Origin: Neophaeotheca triangularis
Lineage: Eukaryota
Reading direction: 5' to 3'
NCBI GenBank assembly: GCA_054600435.1
Contig: BAAIJX010000046.1
Span: forward strand, 124,001-179,155
DNA length: 55,155 bases
Below the pieces are notes generated by a model. That model saw only the letters and a list, made by a program, of their open reading frames with translations, did no database searches and was not told where the DNA came from. This document shows positions 23,944-37,446 of the stretch, piece after piece. How positions within the stretch are numbered: position 1 is the stretch's first letter; the number at the start of each line of letters is the position of its first letter. A program made the translations under genes and the position numbers.

Positions 23944-25941
23944 ATGGGTATCCTATCGAAACTCAAAGGCTCTCCGGCCCCTGAACAGGAAGATGGCGCT
24001 TCCACACCCCGTGATAACCGCGGGTCTTCCGTGGACGATGTCGAGAAAGAGGGCGAGGATCACTCTCCGGTCAAGATGCTGAGACCGCGAATCGCTGCCA
24101 TGGTCTTGGTTGTATCGATCGGCGGTTTAATTTTTGGGTAAGAAAAAGAGCGCGACAGTGGGATAAAACGGAGCAAGGGCTGATGGGTTACAGTTACGAC
24201 ACTGGACAAATCTCTGGCTTCCTGGAAATGCCTGACTTTCTTGAGCGATTCGGTGATACGACGAACGCCAACGGCGACCCTGCGTTTGGTAACGTTCGGT
24301 CGGGAACGATTGTGGGTTTACTGTCAATCGGAACTTTACTTGGAGCAATCGTTGGTGCTCCCATTGCCGACTACTTTGGCCGCCGTGTTGCCATTGTCTT
24401 TTGGAACATCATCTTCTGCGTTGGTGTGATTGTTCAAATCGCTACGGAGACCACATGGTACCAAGTCGCTCTCGGCCGTTGGGTCGCTGGACTCGGAGTC
24501 GGCGGCCTTTCGGTGCTGACTCCCATGTACCAAAGGTGGGTTCTCCGGATGAAATGAATGCAGCCTCCGCAACTTGGACAGAGACTAACCGATCACAGTG
24601 AAACCGCTCCTAGGCAAATCAGAGGTTCATTGGTCAGCGCATACCAGCTTTTCATCACTCTCGGCATCTTCATCGCTTACTGCATCAACTACGGAACCGA
24701 AGACATGCGTAACCCTGCGAGCTGGAGAATTCCCATGGGCGTCGGTTTCATCTTCCCTGTCATCATGTCCGTCGGTATTTGCTTCCTGAGAGAATCCCCT
24801 CGCTGGGACTATCGCAACAATCGAATTGCCCGAGCTACGACGACTGTGGCCAAATCCTATGGCGTGCCGGAGAACCATTACGAAGTCAAGCGTGAGATGC
24901 GTGAAATTAAAGAGAAGCTGGACGCTGAGAAGGCTGGCGGTGGATCGCACCCGGTTTGGGAGGTCTTCACCGGACCCCGCATGGCTTACCGAGTCATGCT
25001 GGGTTGTGTCATCCAGTCACTACAGCAATTAAGTAAGATGGAAGCATCATCCTCCTTGTGGGGTAGGAGCTAACATTTCAATCCCAGCCGGAGCGAACTA
25101 CTTCTTTTACTTTGGGACAACAATTTTCCAGGGCGTCAGTATCAACTCGTATGTCACTCAGATGATTTTGGGAGGCGTCAACTTCGGGTGTACGTTCGGA
25201 GGTCTCTATGTGGTTGAGCACTTGGGACGACGACGTGCGCTCATGGTTGGAGGCGTATGGATGTTCGTTTGGATGATGGTCTTCGCTTCCGTTGGTCACT
25301 TCAGCCTCAACCGCGATCAGCCATCCGATACGCCTTCGGCCTCAGTGGCTATGATCGTTTCTACTTGCTTGTTTATTCTCGTAAGTACTACGCCGGCTGC
25401 GGCGCTCTGTCTCGTTTGCGGACAAGGCTGACTTCTATTTCAGGGCTACGCAACGACGTGGGCTCCTATCGCCTGGGCTGTTACGGGCGAAATCTACCCT
25501 ACGAGATACAGGGCGACTGCCATGGGCCTTGCGACCGCATCGAACTGGATCTGGAACTTTTTGATCGGATTCTTCACCCCGTTCATCACCAACGATATCG
25601 ACTACAGATACGGCTACGTCTTTGCAGGTTGCCACGCCTTCTCCATTTTCTTTGTATACTTCTGCCTTTGCGAGAGCCAGGGTAGATCGTTGGAAGAGAT
25701 TGACACAATGTACATTCTTGGTGTTAAGCCGTGGAAGAGCACCAAGTGGACAGCACCGGAGGGCGAGGAGCTGGTATCGGCTGATGCACTCCATTTCGAG
25801 CCGGGTGCGCGCAAAATCAGGAAGGCAGAGCAAGCTGGCCAGGAGAACAAGAGCGAGCTTGAGGAAGTTCCGATGAACGATGTGTCCGCGGAGGACGCGC
25901 CGTCAGCTGCCGGTGTTCGTGGTAACTCGTATGTCGGCTGA
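23944..25941 (+). CDS. MFS sugar porter (hexose transporter-like). Introns 24138-24193, 24536-24598, 25033-25087, 25381-25443
   Basis: Spliced motifs GGLIFGYDTG, DYFGRR, PMYQSETAP, RESPRW, QQLTGANYFFY, EHLGRR, GEIYP, ESQGRSLEEID. All four introns restore the frame. Confidence 0.95.
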
Positions 25942-26368
25942 TCGATGCGGTGTTTACGGATATGAGTTAGGGGTTGGTAGTTGCTTTCATAGTTTAGTTC
26001 TATAAATAATCGAGAGGTGAGGTCCAAGTCACGTGACGCCAGCTTCCGGATTGGCACTCCACTTCCCGTCTTCAAAAATTTGAACTCTCTCCTCACACAA
26101 CTCTTCTTCTGTAACTTTACATCATTTTTACTTTTCTGTTAGACCACATGGGCCGGCAAAACGTGCACGATTATGTTCATCTTTTGCCTAAAACGATACC
26201 TCGAAAAGGAAGGAGGATGATTCCATGCAGATCGCTGGTACATATCAAGCGGGCGTAGGCGGAGAAGACGCGTTTAGGCACATGAACAGCAGTAAGTACT
26301 TGAGCTCCTCAAGGTAAGCTTTTCAGGCTTCATCTTCTCCATTGCTTCATCTCGTTGTTATAAGCACC

Positions 26369-29026
26369 ATGGTATTCTCACGAGGATTTGGCGTCTCTGC
26401 CGCCGCTGTCTCGCTCGTCTTGCTACTCCCACACGTGGCTGCAAAGAGCGGGATGAACATACTGGACTTTATCAACCCGCTCATAGGAACGACGAACGGT
26501 AAGATGTGCCTCCTCTCACCTGCGAATCGTTCAGCGCTGACTCGCATTTTGTTATCATTAGGTGGCCATGTCTTTCCCGGCGCCACGCTTCCCTTTGCTT
26601 TCGCCAAGGCCGTATCCGACGTTGATGGCTCGGACAATCAGGGTGGCTTCGCGTCGGACAACAGCAACATCACTGGGTTTTCCCACATGCATGACTCTGG
26701 TACTGGAGGTGTAAGTCCACTTACCCTTTTCCTTCTTTCCTCGGCTTTTTAAATGATGATAAAATATGAAATATGTTACACACTCTTCGAACACCCCGTG
26801 TGAATAAAATCATGGTTTGCCTGAACACAGCCAGCTAGTCTACTATATATCTCTGGATTGTTTGTTAAGCGCAGGGAAGCTGACAGTTACAAGGGCCTCT
26901 CTCTAGGCAACTTTCCTATCTTTCCCCAGACGGGATGCCCCGGCGACGAGCTTAATCGGTGTCTCTGGACCAAGACCGATCGAGCAACACCACGAATCAA
27001 CGAAACAGTGTACGCGTCGCCCGGATACTTTACCGTAGAGCTGTCTACTGGTATCAAGGCTGAAATAACGACATCAAATCATACCGCGCTCTATCGCTTC
27101 ACGTTTCCTGACACGCCTGCTGAAGAAGGTACCTCGGTGAGCCCGCTGGTCTTGGCCGATTTATCTGATCTATCAGATTCGCGTATCAACGGCTCAATAT
27201 CCGTAAACGAAGAAAACGGACGTATCAGCGCAACAGGCTCTTTCGTTCCTAGCTTCGGTATCGGCAGCTACACAGTACACGCGTGCATTGATTTCATGGG
27301 AGCCAAACTGCGTGATACGGGCGTGTTCATGAACAACCGAGCTGGTACACAGCCGAAGAACGTGACGGTCGTGGAAGATGGCATTAATAACTCTCCGAAC
27401 ATTTTGCCTGCCGGCGCTTGGTCACGGTTTCAAGCCCCAGAGAATGGACAATTACTTGTCAGGGTTGGTGTAAGTTTCATATCCAACGAGCAAGCATGCC
27501 ACAATGCAGAGGCCGAGATACCGGACTACGACTTCGACAAGGTCCATCAAGCTGCGAGAGCTTCGTGGATGGACACTCTCGGCACAATCGAGATAATACC
27601 TGGCGGCGCCAATGCGAGCATGCAGACAGTATTCTGGAGTGGCGTGTACCGTGCATCTCTCTCGCCGCAAGATTATACGGGTGAGAACCCGCTATGGGAG
27701 AGCACCGAGCCATACTACGACAGCTATTACTGCATCTGGGACAGCTTCCGTAGCATCCATCCATTCATCACACTTTTCGACCCCATCCAACAGACTCGCA
27801 TGATTCGCAGTCTCATCGATATTTACCGCTTCGAAGGCAAGTTACCAGACTGTAGAATGTCGCTTTGCAAGGGCTTCACGCAAGGCGGTTCAAATGCCGA
27901 CATCGTCTTGACGGATGCTTGGTTGAAGAATATCACGGAAGGCGTCGACTGGCAAACCGCATATGAAGCGATGGTGTCAGACACCGAGGTAGAGCCTCGT
28001 AATTGGGCCGTCGAGGGCAGAGGTGGGCTTCTCAGCTGGGACACTTTGAACTACATTCCAACAGCCGACTACGATCCATATGGAGTAGGGCCCTTTACCA
28101 GATCGATCTCGAGGACGGTGGAGTATGCTTACGACGATTTCTGTATTGCAGAGCTGGCACGGGGTCTAGGTCACATGGAAGACTACGAAAAATACATCAG
28201 CCATACCGGGTACTGGCATAACATGTACAAGCCAGACCAGAACAGTTCCATCAACGGCACCGACACAGGATTCACTGGCTTCCTCATGCCCCGTTATCTT
28301 AATAAGACCTGGGGCTTTCAGGACCCTATCTTCGGGAGTCCGTTGCTCAACTTTACGAGTTGTTATCTCAACCCCGACGGGTGCGAAACTTATGAAGGGT
28401 CGTCGTGGCTCTACTCGTTTTTTGTGCCTGGAGACATGGCTGACCTCATCGCCACCATGGGAGGGCCCTCCACCTTCGTTAAGCGTCTCGACTTCTTGCA
28501 TGAAAGCGGTCTTCTATACATAGGCGACGAGCAAGCCTTCCTTCCCGTATTTCAGTATCACTACGCAGGCCGACCGGCAAAGTCCGCCGAGAGAGCACAC
28601 TTCTACATTCCGTCTCAGTTCAACACCAGCATCAACGGGATCCCTGGCAACGACGATAGCGGCGCCATGGGATCTTTCGCCGCTTTAACCATGATGGGCA
28701 TTTTCCCGAACCCTGGTCAAGACGTCTACCTCATCACGCCACCCTTCTTCGAACAGTGGAGCTTAACCAACAAGATCACGGGTAAGGTGGCAACTGTGAG
28801 AAACATCAATTTCGACCCCAGCTATGAAGCAATCTATATCCAGAGCGCTACGCTGAATGGCGAGCCGTACTACAAGAATTGGCTGCAGCATGACTTCTTC
28901 TATAACGGTGGTGTTTTGGAGCTTACTCTTGGGAGGAATGAGAGCGATTGGGGTACGAGAGATGAGGACCTTCCTCCGAGTCTTTCCACGAGCCAGCACA
29001 GCGTTGGTTACGAGTATGGCGCGTGA
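26369..29026 (+). CDS. Secreted GH92 alpha-1,2-mannosidase. Introns 26499-26561 and 26711-26893
   Basis: Signal peptide, INPLIGT, FPGATLPF, GFSHMHDSGTGG, WDSFRS, TQGGSNAD, SRTVEYAYDDF, YEGSSW, PGNDDSGAM. Confidence 0.93.
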
Positions 29027-29765
29027 GGGGAATCACCAGAGGCTGTGTCGCGGACAGGGACGCACTGTTGCTTTCGACTCTTTTTGAAATATTGAACAGT
29101 AGAGACTCGCATACAAACGCTACAGTAGGCCACGTTCGAGAGCGAGTACCTGAGTGTGAAGATTGCAATGTCCAATTGATAGGAGGTATGTCGGCCGCTC
29201 TCACACGGCTAGACAGTCTCCCCACGCAATTCTTATTCTACAATCGTTTTTACGTCAGAGTTGTTGACACTCCCAAACTCCCACCCTAAAGTGCCAACCC
29301 CCAAGCCCCAAATATTACTTAAGTCGCACGCGCACAGACACACGTTACATAACTCGATATCAGTAATTATTATCATTAGTCGACGGCAAGTCCATCAAAC
29401 CTCCTGGCTCCGCAAACTCCCCCAGCTTTTTCCACTCGAGTCAGACCATTTTCGCCGACGGCCTCTCGCTTCACCTATCCTGCTACAGTATGGCGTGTGT
29501 TTTGGAACCCCCAAGTGACGGGACAAATAGTAGTAGTGTGTGTGCGACGACTGGCCGCGATATCGCGCTTGGCTGCTCTATCTCGCGCCCGGCACGGTGG
29601 AGATTGTGAGGTCTTGGGCCCTGTCATTGAAATGTCGTCGCAATAGGTAGGTGGATATCGCTATCTCTATAAGAACCGTCTGTACGCCTCTTCTTCCCTT
29701 CCCACATCCTTTTCGTTGCTCTCCAGGTTTTACTACACCTTCCTCAGACCCTCATCCTCCCTACC

Positions 29766-31302
29766 ATGGACCAAAGTGAAAAGGACGCCAAAGCGGCGTC
29801 TACTCCCTCGCACGGCGACACCGAAGGAGGCGCTGGCGGCGTCTTCGATGCAAATGAAGAAAACGAGGTCTTCAAGACGGGCGCGGGCGTCAACTTTCGC
29901 ACAGTAGAATGGCCGAGAGCGACTGTCATTTTTCTCAAAATCGTCTTCGCTGTCGGAGGTAAGATGCCTGCAAAAGTCAAATGTAGAACGGCATCATGTC
30001 CAGCACTAACGACCGCCTGCCAGTCCTCACAATCCCCAGTGCAATGTACACGCTAGGCGCGGTCGGCGGGACTTTGAGCGTCGTGGGATGGGGACTCGTC
30101 AACACATTCTGCGCGAGGATCATGGGAGACTTCCGCAACAACCACCGCGGCTGTCACTCGATCGCAGACATGGCGCACGAAGTTGGAGGCCCCATTGTGC
30201 GGGAAATCACGGGCGGCCTGTTCATCATCGGGTACGTCCTGTTGACTGGATCGGGTATTCTGGGTGTCAGCATTGCTTTCAACACCTTCACCAACAACGC
30301 TCTCTGCACGAACTGGTTCTCCTTCTTCGCCATGATCATCATCGTCGGATGCGCATCTTTCAGGAAAATGTCGCAGGTATGTCCCTAGAAAGCGTCGGTG
30401 TTTGTCCATGTTCAGCTCACTAACGCACCAGTCAGATTGGCTGGCTAACCTGGGCCGGATTCGCCAGCGTCTACATCGCCGTCTTCATCATCGTGGTCGC
30501 AGTAACGCAGCGAGACAGGCCAGCAGCCGCACCACAAGAAGGCGATTTCGAACTCGGCTTCCGCGCAATCCCCGACCCAACACCAACCTTCGCCGCCGGA
30601 ATGGTAGCGACATGCTCCATTTTCGTCTCCTACGCAGGCACGCCCGCCTTCCTCCCCGTCATCAGCGAAATGCGCGAGCCTCGCGATTTCCGCAAAGCCC
30701 TCTACGCCTGCATGGCCATTGTCATCGCTTCCTACACCGCCTTCTCCCTGGTCGTGTACCGCTGGTGCGGAGCCTGGGTAGCAGTGCCCTCACTCGGCTC
30801 GGCCGGCGCGACCATGAAAATCGTCGCCTACGCCGTCGGCTTCATCGGCCTCGCCGTCACGGGCTGCATCTACCTCCACGTCGGCGCCAAATACGTCTTC
30901 GTCCGCATCCTGCGCGATTCGCGACACTTGCAAGCCGACACCTTTGTCCACTGGGGCGTCTGGCTGGGGTGCACCGTCGGGCTCGGCGCCCTGGCTTTTA
31001 TCCTCGCGCAAGCGATCCCCATCTTCGACTACCTGCTCTCGCTGACGGGGTCGTTGTGCTTCGCCCCGATAGCACTGGGGCTGCCCGGCTGGTTGTGGAT
31101 TTACGACAACGGCTCGTGGAGACGCGGGGTTTGGTGGCAGCAAGTCGTCTTTTGGATGGTCGCTTTCATGATCCCGCTCGCCCTGTTCATCTGCGTGGGC
31201 GGCACTTACGGCGTCATTATTCAGATTGAGCAGGCGTATGCCAGCGGCGAGATTGGCTCGGCCTTTTCGTGCGCCGATAACTCTGGTGCTATTGCTGCGT
31301 AG
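29766..31302 (+). CDS. Neutral amino-acid transporter (Aa_trans/AAAP family, Mtr-like). Introns 29959-30023 and 30377-30435
   Basis: NFRTVEWPRA, GVLTIP, GCHSIADM, GTPAFLPVISEMREPRDF, C-terminal FSCADNS, multiple TM helices. Confidence 0.9.
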
Positions 31303-31772
31303 ATAGTTTTGAGTATGCATTTTAAATGGCATGTCATACATGATGCGCGAAAGACTGGTTGTATCTGGAAGCCTCCAATTGCCGGGGAAGTAGTCTTTTA
31401 AAATAGAGTCTGCTTGCACGTCCCCGGCGCTGTAGTTTGAAGGAAACTATGGATTCTTATCTTTATAGAGACTGGGACTGATATGGCCGACGCGAGTTTT
31501 GCAACATTGGAAGCCCTTTTGTCGCTGGGAAGGGGGGTTTTATAATAAAGAAGCTAGTGAAGCCTCCTGTGCTTTGAGATGGCTGCATGACCCTAGTGTC
31601 TCGCGAGCGGTATTACAGGTTCTTACTGGTCTGAACAATGCGTGTAGTGGAGACGCTTGCCTTGGATATCCCCAGCACTATCCACAATCATGTCAAGCAG
31701 CCATGAACGGGTGCTATGGGGATAAAAGTCGAGGAAGGATACAAACGATAGATGCATCCACAATCCAAAGGT

Positions 31773-33086
31773 CTAGTCAGCAAACATGGCCCTGCTAGCA
31801 ACACTAAGCAGCCACGCCGCATCCCGCCAACCGCCTTCGTCCTGCTGTTCCGCAATACCTTCATCCCTTCTAGCCGCGTTACGAGCCACCAACAACTGCT
31901 CCTTCTCCTCCTTGCGCCTCCTGGCCTCCGCCTCGCGCCTCTTCAACCTCGCCGTCTCCGCTTCAGCGCCTGCTTCCGCATCACTCGCACTAGCATCCGC
32001 CTGATCCTCCAACGTAAAAGCATTAAACCCAATCAACCGATCCACAAGCCCTCCCAAACCCCTAGCCCCTCCATCCGTATACCGCGCAAGCTCCGCCTCA
32101 TCCTCGGCATCCTCAAACTCCTCATCCTCCGACTCCTCCCCAGCCCTACCCGCAGAAGCCACATCAAAATACCCCCCACCACCGCCAACCGCAGCAGCCG
32201 TCCCAGGCGTCCGCAAACCTGTCAGACTACCCCTGCGACTCCCCCTCCGACTGCCCTGCCGACTCCCATACCGACTCCCCCATTTCGAAGCCCCAACCCT
32301 AACACCCTCCCTCGCACTCACACTCAAACCCCTCTCCTCATCATCCGCGAACCTCAACCCCCGGCTCCCCTTCGCAGCCATCTCCTCATACCCCTCATCG
32401 TCCTCGGAATCCAACCCCGCAGCAGCCGGCGCCAACGACGTCGAAGACGCCCTCGAAGCTATCCACGACTGCCCCTTCGACTCCTGCAGTATCGCATTCG
32501 TGGCCGCACCCGTGCGCGTCAGCCACTCGCCGTCCAAGTCCGCGGCCCGGCGCTGCGAGCGCGGCGTCGCGGAGCCATTGGTGCGGCTCTTGGGGACGTG
32601 GCGCTTGCGAACGGGCGAGCGGGAAGCGGCTAGGCGTTGCTGGAGGATCAGCGCGGCGTCGCTTTTGGATTGCGGGATGGGGGGTTCGCGGGGGTTGAGG
32701 GTTTTGGCATGTTGCTGGTGGGGAGCTGTGAGCGGCGCGTAAGCGTATTCGGTCGGCGTGTCGGCGTCGGTGGCGTCGTTGTAGAGGGAGTTTCGTCGGC
32801 TGAGGCCGCCGCCGCCGAGATGTTTGCGGCTCGATCTGCGGCTGAGGATGCCGGGGGTGGTGGGGGCCGATTGGCCGTGGATGTAGGAGGAGTGGTAGCG
32901 GGCGTAGGGCGAGCCGGCTGGGGAGTCGGAGGGGTGTGTGGTTCGTGGGGTTTGAGGGGTTGCTTTGGGGGTGGGTTCGACGAACTTTTCGGACAGCGGG
33001 GCGAGGCGGAGGTTGGATAGGTTGGTTGTTGACCGCTTGGAGCGCGAGGCCGATCGGGGGGTGTCGGTGTTGGGACGCGTTGACAT
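31773..33086 (-). CDS. Conserved fungal disordered protein (DUF3984-like)
   Basis: LSNLRLAPL, SAPTTPGILS, EWLTRTGA, ESKGQSWIASRASSTSL, GGLVDRLIG, GGWRDAAWLLSVAS. Family recognised from memory. Confidence 0.72.
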   Translation of the reverse strand: MSTRPNTDTPRSASRSKRSTTNLSNLRLAPLSEKFVEPTPKATPQTPRTTHPSDSPAGSPYARYHSSYIHGQSAPTTPGILSRRSSRKHLGGGGLSRRNSLYNDATDADTPTEYAYAPLTAPHQQHAKTLNPREPPIPQSKSDAALILQQRLAASRSPVRKRHVPKSRTNGSATPRSQRRAADLDGEWLTRTGAATNAILQESKGQSWIASRASSTSLAPAAAGLDSEDDEGYEEMAAKGSRGLRFADDEERGLSVSAREGVRVGASKWGSRYGSRQGSRRGSRRGSLTGLRTPGTAAAVGGGGGYFDVASAGRAGEESEDEEFEDAEDEAELARYTDGGARGLGGLVDRLIGFNAFTLEDQADASASDAEAGAEAETARLKRREAEARRRKEEKEQLLVARNAARRDEGIAEQQDEGGWRDAAWLLSVASRAMFAD

Positions 33087-33399
33087 GGTGGCTGTGGTTG
33101 ATTGTTGTTGGTTACACGTGGATGTTAGGTCGGCAACTATGCAACGCACTGGCGCGAGGTCTCAAGTAGGGTGTAACGGTTGTCGTTGTCGAGGAAGCTT
33201 TCAAAAGGGGGCCTCGGTCTGTAGAGTACCTTACCTAGGTGGATGAGGTTGTAGCCGGTGCACAGACGCCCCGCACTTCTTGGGAGTGAAGTCTGGAAAA
33301 CGCATGTGAAAGTGACGGGAAGCTTCAACACATGTGATTGACATTGCAACTCGTATCGCTGTGAAATTAATATTATCATTCAGACTGATGCAGATTACT

Positions 33400-35215
33400 C
33401 TACCACATCCTCTCCCACCATCTGCGCCAAACAGGCATCTGCTGTAATCTCGCCTTTTCATTCTCCATGATACCCCCTTCCTCCCAGACGCGACACTCGG
33501 CGTCAATCTCCGCCTTACCACTGACGATGTCAGCCTCCGTCGAGGGCACAATCTTGGTCCTCTTGATAACCTTCCAGATGAAATACATAACAACCCCAAA
33601 AGCCAGACCAAAGTAGCTCGTAATGAAACCCTGCGTATCCCAGGGAACGAAGACATCAAAACCGATGGTCAACATGAGCATTATGCCGAAGCCAATGGCC
33701 CAGTATGCCGTGTATGGAGCTAGGGGCGAGATGTAGGGCAGGGTGGACTCGCCCTTCTTTCGCGAAAGGCCTTGAGCTTTACAGGCGTTGTACCAGCCCA
33801 GGAATGTTATGAACATGCCGACGTAGGTGAGGATGAGGGCGCAGGTCGTGAGGTCGACGAACCAGTAGAAGACGGTGACGCTTTGGTTACTGGCAACCAG
33901 AAAGGTCAGGCAGCCTATTAGCTGGACAGCGACGACCGTGTAGACTGGGACGCCGTTTTTCAAGCACTTGGTCCTGTAAAGCGAATCAGCAATGCGAAAA
34001 TCGTGGCCAACGGATAGGGTTCACTTACAAGAACTTCGGAGCTTGCTTTTCGCGTGCAAGGCTGTAGAGGGTGCGGCTCGAAGCGTACAGATACGCGTTC
34101 CCACATGACCATCCGCTCAACAAGATCACAGCATTGATCAAACTCGGCAATCCTTCGATACCTAAATTTTGGATGCCAATGACCCACGGCGAAGCTGCAG
34201 CGCCGCTGTCACCAGACTCGAGAGCACCGAGGAGGCGGTCGTCTCGGGAAGAACAGAGTATCCCCACGGCGAAGACTCCAACCACATAGAAGCCCACCAG
34301 ACGGTAAAACACCAACTTGGCGACCCTGGGGATTGTACGCCGAGGGTTGACGATCTCGCCTGCCGCTAGAGCCAGCAAGTCCGGTCCAGCGACTGTGAAG
34401 GCCGCGTACCGCAGCGTACTCCAAAAGCCGAGGAAGCGTCCGGTCACGCCCTCTGCATAATAGGCATGCATTGCCATACCATCAGTCCAGTACCGAAACC
34501 CATACGCATCTCCTCTCGGATTGCCACCGCACATCGTAATAAGCGTGAGCAGAATCAACCCAATCAGCAGCAGGATCTTCGTCGAAGCCATGACAAACTC
34601 GCTCTCCCCATACCACTGCACAGCGACGACGTTGAGAACAAAACACACAATCAGCGCCATGGCCACCCAGACGGCCGGATTAACCTGCTCGGCGGGAATC
34701 CAGTACTGCATCACCGTCGCCACGGCCGAGTACTCGACGCAGACTAGCATTGCGCCGGCGAAGAAGTACGTCCACCCAAGAGCGAAGCCCAGGGCGGGAT
34801 CGACGTAGCGGGAGGCGAGTTCGAAGAGCGTTCCGCGAACGGGCAGGTAGGCCATCATTTCCGCGACGCAGAGGTTGCAGGGCCAGACGAATAAGAGGCC
34901 CCAGACCATGTATCCGAGGGTTAGGGAGAGTGGTCCTGCATTGTTCAATGTTCCGCCGATGCCGACGAAGAGGCCGGTGCCGATTGATCCACCTGTTGCT
35001 AGGTGTGAGTGAACGGTATTAGGTGAGCGAGATTGTGAGGGGGCTGGTCTACCTATTGCCATGAGCTGCACGTGACGGGGATGAAGCCCTCGTTTCGTCT
35101 GCTGGACGTGGCTCCATTCTGACTCGGATAGAAATGTCCCCTTTGCGAGGTCGGGAGAGTCGTTGATCGGGGCAATGTCAGTTGGTTGAGGGCCTTTCTC
35201 TGCGTCAATACCCAT
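33400..35215 (-). CDS. APC-family (YAT) amino-acid permease, proline/general permease-like. Introns 35052-34993 and 34028-33974
   Basis: KRGLHPRHVQLMAIGGSIGTGLF, AEMMAYLP, RYVDPALGFALGW, YGESEF, GEIVNPRRTIP, ASSRTLYSLA, GVP. Confidence 0.93.
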
Positions 35216-35690
35216 GGTTGCAAAGGACGGTCTCGAAACCCAAAGACTTGGGGGCCAAAGACTAGTAGGAGGGAATATGAACAAACCAGGATGGCTGCGA
35301 GCGAACATTCAGTCAGAGAGAAAAGGCGTCTATCTTTAAGTAAGAAAACATGGCCAAGACACAGGCATCCTCCGGCTGCCCCTGCCATATCTGGCGAGTT
35401 TAATGGACCTCTGTCAATGTCCCAGTATGCCGGATCTGCAGTTTCTTATCTCTACATATCCTCTACGATACTGGCGCATCAGAACCCAAGCATAGGCAGG
35501 CATTACAGTCTACGGCACGAGTGATGTCAGCTGCTTAGCGAGGCGCCTGCATGAGTGATGGAACATCGTTATCAGGCATCTACCATATACCGCCGATGAT
35601 CGGTCAGGGCTGCGAATGCTCGTGAGGTCGTGAGCGGTACCTCCGGAGGTAGGATGTCGCATCGGATCTTCTAGATAGCAGGTACAGGAG

Positions 35691-35718
35691 GTAGATAAGA
35701 CGATTGATAGATAGATAG
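35691..35718. promoter_or_regulatory. Cluster of GATA motifs upstream of the amino-acid permease (possible AreA/NIT2 sites)
   Basis: GATAAG...GATAGATAGATAG about 480 nt upstream of the permease ATG, with further TATC/GATA at about 35445-35470. Confidence 0.35.
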
Positions 35719-36157
35719 CTGGGTCCACTGCGGGATGTTATCGGGTTTCGATGCCTCCTTTTTAGGCACCGTTTGCGCATAATACTGCACTCAGAGTGCT
35801 GTGTAACAAGGCGCCGGCAATCGAGGATCTCGCAGCTGTAGGCCTCGTGGCCATTGAGTCTGGATGAAGTATACCTTATGATTATGGATACAGTAGTTGG
35901 CGAAGTGAGGTGAGGATCCCCCCAGCCATGACCCAGGCTCGGTCGCGTGGAACAGTGTGGGGGTCGCTCGAGTCGGCTCGGCTATATACTGCTTCTTGCT
36001 CGAGCAGCACCACTTCCACCTGTTCTCACAAGATATACCTTACCTTACCTTGGGAACAACTTCGAGCATTAGGTAGTACACTCACCGCTTACCTCGTTCT
36101 ACTCTATCCGCTGCTTGCAGTCTCGTCCGGAGCTCCGGTACACGTCAACACCACAAC

Positions 36158-37446
36158 ATGGCGAGCCTCGTGAAGCAGACCGTCAGAGCTCCGCCCAGTA
36201 GCTCCGGCCTACTGCCCTTCTCTGCTCTACCGGCAGGCCTACGCCAGTTGGTGTCAGCAACAGGACAGAGAAGAGCTCAATCCAACGGCGCAACAAACCG
36301 TCCCAAAACATGCATCTTCTTCCCAGGCCAAGGCGTCCAGCGCGTGGGCATGGTACGCTCAACCCACGTCAAGCACACACGGACACACCCAACTGACCTC
36401 ACACATAGACAACGGACTGGCTCGAAGTCTTCCCACGCACCGTGAAACCCATGCTAGAGCAAATCGACGAAACGCTCAAGTACTCGCTCAGCCGCATCAT
36501 AGCCGAAGGCCCCAGCAACACCCTCACGGCGACCGAGAACGCCCAACCCGCCATCATGGCCACTAGCATCATCATCCTACGCGTGCTCGAACAGGAATTC
36601 GGCTTCAAGACCTCAGAGCGCGTCGATGTCTCCCTAGGCCACAGCCTCGGCGAATTTGCAGCGCTAGTAGCAGCCGGGCACCTACGAGAAGCCGACGCGC
36701 TTCGCCTCGTACGCAGACGTGCCGAAGTGTTCGCCCGGTGCAGCAAGGACGTCGGCGAAGAAGTCGGCATGATGGCGCTCGTCTGCGAGGCCTCGCACTT
36801 GCAATCAATGATCGACGCCATCCACGAATTCCTCGGCCACAGCAGCGAGGGCTCCAAGACCGACTCGCACCTCGACACGGATGCGCCGCCCGTGGGCCAA
36901 GTGCTCATCGCCAACGTCAATGCCAAGAACCAGATCGTGCTGAGCGGGAGTATCCAGAAGATGGCGGAGCTGTTGACACATTTGCGGCAGTTTGGCGGGC
37001 ACGATCCTAGGGCGGTGAGGCTGAAGAGCGATAGCCCTTTTCATTCGCCCATGATGAAGCCCGCGGCCGACTTGATGCGGAAACTGCTGGACCAGCCCTC
37101 GCCGACGGTGAAGAATGAGGAAGTCGTCATTTGGCCGGGGGTTATGGAGTGTATATCCAACGTCTCGGCGAGGCCTTTTGCCAGTAAGCGGCAGCTCAAG
37201 GACTTGTTGGCGCGGCAAGCGGTTGAGACTGTGCAATGGCATGATAGCATCAAGTATCTTGATCAAGAGGGCAAGGTGAAGCGGTGGATTGGCATTGGGC
37301 CGGGCAAGGTTGGCAGGAACCTTGTGGGCAAAGAAGTCGGCATGAAGGGGATGGTCAAGGGGGGAGGGGTTTGGGGGATTAGTGATCCGCGGGAGGTGGA
37401 GAGAGTGATGAAAGAGTTGGACGATACTGAGAACATGGGGGAGTGA
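36158..37446 (+). CDS. MCT1: Mitochondrial malonyl-CoA:ACP transacylase. Intron 36353-36408
   Basis: FFPGQGVQ, NAQPAI, catalytic GHSLGE, NQIVLSG, SPFHSPMM, VQWHDSI, IGPGKV. The N-terminus is R/S/A-rich and acid-free, like a presequence. Confidence 0.9.

Noticed and set aside
18005..35215. Co-regulated nitrogen-utilisation cluster (NirA-like TF plus two amino-acid transporters)
   Set aside because: The genes are far apart with unrelated genes between them, and no catabolic enzymes of a shared pathway are present
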